A DNA stretch of 64,000 bases, from NCBI RefSeq assembly GCF_947568905.1, contig NC_079173.1:42222001-42286000 (forward strand), written 5' to 3'. Source of the stretch: Ostrea edulis. Lineage: Eukaryota. Position numbers and translations under genes: made by a program. Below are positions 26,201 to 35,200 of this stretch, piece after piece. Each line of letters begins with the position of its first letter. The first letter of the stretch is position 1. The notes below the pieces were generated by a model. It did not search any database. It was given only the letters and a program-made list of their open reading frames with translations, and had not been told where the DNA came from.

Positions 26201-29200
26201 CATTGTTGATTTTGAGGTCAGAAGGTTGAATGAAGGTTAGGGGTCAAACTGGACATGGTAAGTTATTGTCTGCTCAGTATCTTGTGAACCCTTTGATGAC
26301 GGACATCAAACTTGGTACCCCCAAAAGATTAGATGACCTTGTTGGTTTTCAAATCCCAAGATCAAGGTCATGACTCAGTTGACAGAAACTTGAGAGATAA
26401 GACTTAGTATTGTGGTTGGTCCTAATTAGTGAATTAATTCATATTTTTCACTATCAAACCTCATTACAGATGATTGGAATTTGAAGTTGACCCTTTTTAA
26501 TATTGCCACAGTGGGAGAAGGAGGAGGCAAATGTGTTTCTGAAACATTTCTTTTTATTCTGCTTATTCACAAAATTAATGCTCAGTTTCTGTATCTCACT
26601 TTCAATGACATAAAGAAGTTTATTTTTTCAACAACAACAAAAACTAATGATGTAATATCATGTGATCAAAGGCACACAACAGACATTAATGAAATTTAAC
26701 CCCCCCCCCCCTCCCAACTATTTGAATCAAGATTTATCCAGCATCAACCATTTGATCTTGCCCCTAAATCAGTAATTTAGATATTATTTTAGTGAGTAGT
26801 GTCAAAAGAAATAATTGGTTGAAAAATAATAGAAAGAAATAATTGGGTTTAGATCTTAGAAACCAATATATGTCTCCTTTTGAATTCGAAACATATTATC
26901 CTTTGTAAGGCTTTCAAACTGATCATCTCCTCTGATAAGCATATAATCCAAGATATTAGAGACATGGTCTTCTGTAGTTAAGTATGTGTTCAAACTGCTA
27001 GATTTACAAGTATATATGTATAGTAGTTCATGAGGGAGAACTGCGAAGTATGGGAGACATTCATCTGTGTTTTCTTGTCTGCAGTATGAAGCCAAGATGT
27101 CGACACTCAATGAGACAATAAAAGACATTGACAGCAAGAAGAAGCAGCTGCAGGAGAATGTCGACAATCTCAACGATCAGGTGGAGATGTTGAAGATGGA
27201 AGGTACGAATGTGTTAGTGGCAATCGCTTAATGATCAGGTAGAGATAATCACTTAACGATCAGGTGGAGATAATCGCTTAACGATCAGGTGGAGATGTTG
27301 AAGATGGAAGGTACGGATGTGTTAGGGGTAATCACTTAATGATCAGGTGGAGATAATCACTTAACAATCAGGTAGAGATAATCACTTAACAATCAGGTGG
27401 AGATAATCGCGTAACGATCAGGTGGAGATAATCGCTTAACGATCAGGTGGAGATAATCACTTAACAATCAGGTGGAGATAGTCACTTAACGATCAGGTGG
27501 AAATGTTGAAGATGGAAGGTACGGATGTGTTAGGGGTAATCACTTAATGATCAGGTTGAGATAATCACTTAACAATCAGGTGGAGATAATCGCTTAACGA
27601 TCAGGTGGAGATAATCGCTTAACGATCAGGTGGAGATAATCACTTAACAATCAGGTGGAGATGTTGAAGATTGAAGGTACGGATGTGTTAGGGGGAATCC
27701 TATGTCAGATCTTCACAGGAAGGAAGGAATCTTATAACAGAGCTCTTTTTTAGCTCTTCTGAGCCAAAGGCTCAAAGAGCTAATGCTATGGCCATTTGTG
27801 CGGTGTGCGTAAACTTTTTAGAAAAAGGTCTATAACTCAAGAACCCCTTGGCCAATTTTTTTCAAATTTGTTACAGGGTATCATTGGCCCAAGGGCTTTC
27901 ATACATACTAAATAGAGGGATGTGACCCTTTAACAAGGGGAGATAATCAGGAAAATACAAACAAAAGTAGTGGTTGCTAAAAAATCTTCTCAAGAACCAC
28001 AGGGCAGATTATCACCAAACTTACACATAAGGATGAGGATATGTTGTAGATTAAAAATTGTTCAAGGCATTACCCTGGGGCAAAGGGTGTGGTCTCAAGG
28101 TCACTTCAAAGTTGACCTAAATTTATAAATTTTTTAAATTCCTTAAATCTTAGATATTTTAGTCATTATAAGGACTAGGATCATCAAATTTTGACAATTG
28201 ATGCATCTTAGGACCTTGTGTCAAGTTGTCTCAAAAGTAGGTCACGGTGACCTACTTTTTGAATTTTGCAGGTATTTATTTTAAAATTAATTTTGATGCA
28301 TATCTTGGACACTTTGAAGCCTATGATCATCAAAACTTGTCAGTTGGTGGATCATGGGACCTTGAAATGCGTCAACTGAAAAATAGGTCACCGTGACCTA
28401 CTTTCTGAATTTTATGGCTTATCATTTATAGATATATTTTAAGTTGTTATTTCAAATACCAAGAGGTTTAGAATCATCAAATCTTGTAAGTTGATGCATC
28501 TTGAGGCCTTGAAACATATTTATAAAAAAGTAGGTCACAGTGACCTACTTTTTGAATTTTACAGATATTCAAATTTCACATTTTCAATTTTAGATGCATA
28601 TTTTGGGCACTATAAAACCTAGGATCATCAAACTTTGTCAGTTGATGCGTCTTCAGTCTTCGGTTTGTGTCGACCAAAAAGTAGGTCACCGTGACCTACT
28701 TTTGGCATTTGACAGTTATATTTATATATTTCAGTCACTAATTGACCTACAATCATCAAACTTTGGCAGTTGATGCATCTTGAGTCTACGGAGTGTGTCG
28801 ACCAAAAAGCAGGTCACCTTGACCTACTTTTGGAATTGGACACCTATATTTATATATTTCAGATACTATTTGACCTACAGTCATCAAGCTTTGTCAGTTG
28901 ATGGGTCTTGCATGTTCGAAGGGTTTCGACCAAAAAGTACTTTTGGAATTGGACACCTATATTTATATATTTCAGATACTATTTGACCTACAGTCATCAA
29001 ACTTTGTCAGTTGATGGGTCTTTCATGTTCGGAGTTCGCTGACCAAAAAGTAGGTCACCATGACCTACAATTGGAATTTGACAGCTATATTTCAATATTC
29101 AGATACTAATTGGCTTAAAATCATCAAACTTTGTCAGTTGATATTTCTTGGGTTCTCAAAATGTGTAAACCAAAAAGTAGGTCACATTGACCTACTTTTT

Positions 29201-32200
29201 TGAATTCTTAGGATTTAACTAAAGATTTAGAATACTAAGAGGCTAAGAATAGAAATGGTGGGGTTGTACAATTTATCAGAAGAGCGATTCTAGGCCCTTG
29301 GGCCTCTTGTTATGAATTGATTTGAGATGATAGAGTTTTCATTGATTTTAAAATATTTTTTGTAATACAATATTCAACTTTGTTTAATTTACATTTTTGC
29401 ACACTAAGAGTGTTATGAAAATGTATTGCTATTGATATGTTGAATCTTGATTTGGAGAAAACTTAATGTGTTTAGAAATGCAAGTAAAGAATCAAAGGCG
29501 TGAATAAATGCATGTTCCAAACCTTTCAGGCCTTTGATTTTTATCTTTCATTTCCATGTGATGTATGTAGCACAAGCATTTCAGGCCTTTGATTATGTAT
29601 TGGGTTTTTTTTCTTGTGAACAGAGAAAATGCACTTGAGCTCTGTCTCGGAGCGTGAGAAGGAGGCATCAGACCGTGTCCAGAATATTTCAGCCATGAAG
29701 GAATCTCTGGAGAAACAAATGGAACAACACAGAGAGCAACACGCCAAGAATCTCGCTGAGCTCCGCGAGGAGGTGGCCGACAAACAGAGTCTCATTGACC
29801 AGCTCAAAGAGTACGTATCTCATAAAACAGCTCAAAGATTGTGTATCTCATAGACCAGCTCATAGACACAGTATGTATCTGATACACCAGCTCAGAGTCT
29901 GTATCTCATAGAACAGCTCAGAGTCTGTATCTCATAGAACAGCTCAGAGTCTGTATCTCATAGAACAGCTCAGAGTCTGTATCTCATAGAACAGCTCAGA
30001 GTCTGTATCTCATAGAACAGCTCAGAGTATGTATCTCATAGAACAGCTCAGAGTATGTATCTCATAGAACAGCTCAGAGTCTGTATCTCATAGAACAGCT
30101 CAGAGTATGTATCTCATAGACAGCTCAAAGAGTATGTATCTCATAGACCAGCTCAAAGACACAGTATGTATCTGATACACCAGCTCAGAGTCTGTATCTC
30201 ATAGAACAGCTCAGAGTCTGTATCTCATAGAACAGCTCAGAGTCTGTATCTCATAGAACAGCTCAGAGTATGTATCTCGTAAACAGCTCAAAGAGTATGT
30301 ATCTCATAGACCAGCTCAAAGAGTATATATCTCATAGACCAGCTCAGAGTATGTATCTCATAGACAGCTCAAAGAGTCTGTATCTCATTAACCATTAGAG
30401 GTGATGTTGAAGACTGAAGCTTGTTTGGTTTCACTTGGTCTCATGGGGTCTTGCGACAGGCAGGTGCCCTATAGTGGCCTGTGTGTGCATTCAAATGCTT
30501 TTCCTGACTTTATTTTGGCTATCCTTGCAGCTATTAAATTGAAAATTTATACATGAACTTGTTGCATTAATGTGTTTCATACCAAGTTTGAGTTTTGGCT
30601 TTACTGACCTATTTTTGAAAGAGTTATGGACCTTGACCTTAGCAAATGAAGCCGCAAAAAGTGTTTATATGTAACATATTCATATAATGTTTGTAGTATT
30701 TTAGAAGTATTGTCAAAGAATTTTAGATGTGGATATTATGAAGAATCATTTAAAACTTCAACCTTATTTTATAGTACAAACCAAAAACTGAGTTTGGCTT
30801 TGGAGAAACTTCAGGCTGATTATGACAAATTGAAGACAGAGGAGACTGAAAAATCACAGAAACTACAGGAGCTGTCATTACAAATAGATCGCCGTGAGCA
30901 GGCAAAGCAGGACCTCAAAGGCCTCGAGGAGACAGTGGTAAGTAAATTACAGGAGCTCACCATGAGCAGGCAAAGCAGGACCTCAAAAGGCCTCGAGGAG
31001 ATGGGTAAGTAAACTATAGGAACTGTCACTACAAATAGATCGCTGTGAGCAGGCAAAGTAGGACCTCAAAGGCCTCGAGGAGACAGTATTAAGTAAACAA
31101 CACAAGCTCACTGTGAGCAGGCAAAGCAGGACCTCAAAGGCCTCGAGGAGACAAGTAAACTATAGGAGCTGTTGCTATAGCTACATGGTTGTGAGTAGGT
31201 GACGCAGGACCTCAAAAGTTGTCAGTAAATTATAGGGGCTGTTGCTATAGATACATGGTGGTGAGTAGGTGATGCAGGACCTCAAAGTCCTGGAGGAGAC
31301 AGTGGTAAGTTAACCACAAAAGTTGGCAGCTAAAGATTGATCATTATGAGCAAATCAATACAACAAGGAGATATAGGTAGGAAGACCATGAGAGGTGTCA
31401 CTAAGAATCGTTCATCATGAACAAGCAGAAGAGCACCTCAGGCCCTGCATCTCAGGTCCTTTGACAAGTTTCGGGGCCTTTCAACAAGTTTAGGTACACA
31501 AGTTATGAATAGGGGAAAATTTACGAATAGAAAAATAGGAAACTTAATGAATTTGTTTATGACAATCACACAAGTTTTCATTTTCCTTTTTCAGGCTAAA
31601 GAGTTACAGACCTTGCACAACTTACGCAAATTGTTTGTACAAGATTTACAGAATAGAGTGAAGAAGGTCAGTACAACTCAACGATCATAAAATGGCGTAG
31701 AATTAAGGAGGTTTGTCAGACATTGTCCATTCTGTGTATAATTAAGGAGGTTTGTTGGACATTGTCCATTCTGTGTATAATTAAGGAGAATTGTCTGGCA
31801 TTGTCCATTCTGTGTATAATTATGGAGGATTGTCTGGCATTGTCCATTCTGTGTGTTATTAAGGAGGAGTAATAGATAGGATTTTAAGTTGAAAATGAAG
31901 TGTACAAAAATATTGTAATTGAAAAGTTAACTTGAAAATTGACTGTGTTAAACTTTGGTAAAAATTTAATCAGAATTCATAGATTTTTATGGGGAAAAAA
32001 TAATAAAGGCAACCATTGATAATGACAGATGAGTGTGTTATTACAGTCAGCCAGTGGGAAGTCTGTCAAATATGTTTTGTGATAATCTGCCAATAAAATA
32101 TCCATAGTATTACATTATTTTAATACACTAAGCCAATAAGAAGGCCTATTACATTTATCTTGTTACAGTCAGCCAATAAGAAGGCCTATTACGTTTATTC

Positions 32201-35200
32201 TGTTACAGTCAGCCAATAAGAAGGCCTATTACATTTATTTTGTTACAGTCAGCCATTAAGAAGGCCTATTACATTTATTTTGTTACAGTCAGCCAATAAG
32301 AAGGCCTATTACAATTATTTTGTTAGAGTCAGCCAATAAGAAGGCCTATTATATTTATTTTGTTACAGTCAGCCAATAAGAAGGATGATGAGGATGATGA
32401 CGACATAGGAGGAAGCATGGCACAGAAACAGAAAATATCATTCCTAGAAAACAACCTAGAGCAACTGACCAAAGTTCATAAACAGGTAAGAACAGTTCAT
32501 AGGTCAACTTAGGGTCAGAGGTCATAGAAGGGTAGGACAGTTAGAGATGGTTGGGAAAGGAAAGGTAATGTTGATATTTCAGGTGAGAAATGAAAAAGTG
32601 ATCAAAAGTTTGTAAGAAGTGTTGAAAAAAGTTTGTAAGAAGTGCTGAAAAATTTGTAAAAATTGATGAAAAACTTGTAAGAAGTGATGAGAAAAGTTTG
32701 TAAAAAGTGATGAAAAATTTGTAAAAAGTGATGAAAAGTTTGTAAAAAGTGATGAAAAGTTTGTAAGAAGTGCTGAAAAAAGTTTGTAAAAAGTGATGAA
32801 AAATGTGTAAAAAGTGATAAAAAGTTTGTAACAAGTGATAGAATGTTTGCAAAATGTGATAAAAAAATTTTTTTTAGAAATGATGAAAAGTTATTAAGAA
32901 GTGATGGAAAGTTAGTGTTAAGTTTCAGACATGGGACAAATTGAGTTGTATGAAGAATGTGTTAGAGGTGGTTGAAAATCCCAACATGGCTATCCACATC
33001 TGGTAAATAATAGGGGTGAAACGATACAGTACCTTCTCGATTTGATTTTCGATACTTTAGTCTCAATTCGATGATTTTCGATTCAATACAATAGCATGTA
33101 CCAAATTCTTTATAATGCTAAGCTTTTTTTATGTTTCGTTGTATTTATTGCTCTCTGCAAATAAATTCTACATAATGTAAAACCGTTTAACATAGAGCAA
33201 CACTCTTATCACTTGTCCTAAAGCCGAAATGTCGCCATACCCAGGATTTAAACATTAGGGGTGCATTTTTCAACTCGACAGCGTCCATTTTGATACAGCA
33301 AAGTTTACTTGTATGTTGATTGGGCGATTTTCAATTCCATTGGCTAATCAGAAACCATGTTATCAAGAGCAATGTGTGCTATAATTTTAGAACCGTATCA
33401 AACCGAAACAGACCCTGAATTAACTGAACATCGAATTGAGACCACTACATCGCGATTCGGTCGCATCGCGATGCATCGTTTCACCACCAGACTTCCACCA
33501 GAGTTTGTTTGCTCACAAACCAAACTCTTCCACTTAGGCATTATGGGATAGCGATTTCTTAGGCCGTGTATACTGTGTGATGTCACTGTAGAATAACGAA
33601 AAAACATAACGTCAAACGTAAACAACTTTCAAAACAAGAACGTAAACATCAAGTTCATTACTTTACACAATAATTTGAACAGTCTCCCTACTTTTTAATG
33701 ATCTTTTGATCATTTTATGTTTAAAATAAAATCCATACTTTTATATTAATGCTCTTAATATCAATATCTTCAAACGTTTAACTGCGAACTACTTCTTTAG
33801 TGTTATTTGCCTGCGTGATAATCGTGGACTCACAATATACAAATCTGTATATTGTGCTGCGTCACATAGGAGAGGTCTATTTGTAGGTGATGTAATGAGG
33901 CCTCGACGGGGAGTTTGGTTTCACCCCTAGTAAATAACTAGAGTAAAAAGTAACAGAAGATTTATATTAATATAAGATAGTGGATGGAAGTATAGTGAAG
34001 TGTTTATGAAGGAGTGGAAGTGTATCAACATTGGATTTAGTCATTGGGTGTAAATCCCGCATGGAAGTAATAGCCACTGATGACCTTTGATTTCAGCTGG
34101 TCCGTGATAACGCTGACCTGCGTTGTGAGCTTCCTAAGCTGGAGAAAAGGCTGAGAGCGACGATGGAGAGGACCAAGTCCTTAGAAACAGCTCTAAAGGA
34201 AGCTAAAGAGGGGGCCATGAGAGACAGGAAGAGGTAAGGAATTGTGGGTGAATTGTCTGTTTGAGACAGGAAGAGGTAAGGAATTATGGGTGAATTCTGT
34301 TTGAGACAAGAAGAGGCAAGGAGTTATGGGTAAATTGTCTGTTTGAGACAGGAAGAGGTAAGGAATTATGGGTGAATTTTGTTTGAGACAAGAAGAGGTA
34401 AGGAATTATGGGTGAATTTTCTGTTTGGGATAGAAAGGGGAAGGAATTATGGGTATACTAAAATGACTAGGAGACAAGAATAGGTGAGAAGTTGCGGCTA
34501 AAATAACTGAAACTGGAAAAGGTTAGGAATGAGGTAAAATTAAAATTGTATGCAGCTTGCAGGATAACAAGGATTATCATAAATTAACAGATATCATAGT
34601 TAATATTATAATTATTTTGAAGAAATCACTATTGTATTGGAACATTGACAGATATCATTACTGTATTGGAACATTGACAGATATCATTATTGTAATGGAA
34701 CATTGACAGATATCATTACTGTATTGGAACATTGACAGATATCATTACTGTATTGGAACATTGACAGATATCATTACTGTATTGGAACATTGACAGATAT
34801 CATTATTGTATTGGAACATTGACAGATATCATTACTGTATTGGAACATTGACAGATATCATTATTGTATTGGAACATTGACAGGTATCATTACTGTATTG
34901 GAACATTGACAGGTATCATTATTGTATTGGAACATTGACAGATATCATTATTGTATTGGAACATTGACAGATATCAACATGAGGTGGACAGAATTAAGGA
35001 GGCAGTGAGACAGAAGAACCTGGCTCGCCGGGGTCACGCTGCACATGCCCAGATCGGTGAGTTCATGTTATTACTATATGTTATGTACCATTTCATTATG
35101 TTATTGAGGTATTAACATGTCATTAATTGTGAAAATATTGGTGATCTTTGGATTGGAGCTATAAACAGGCCAGTAAAACCCTTGAGTATACATACTGTAC

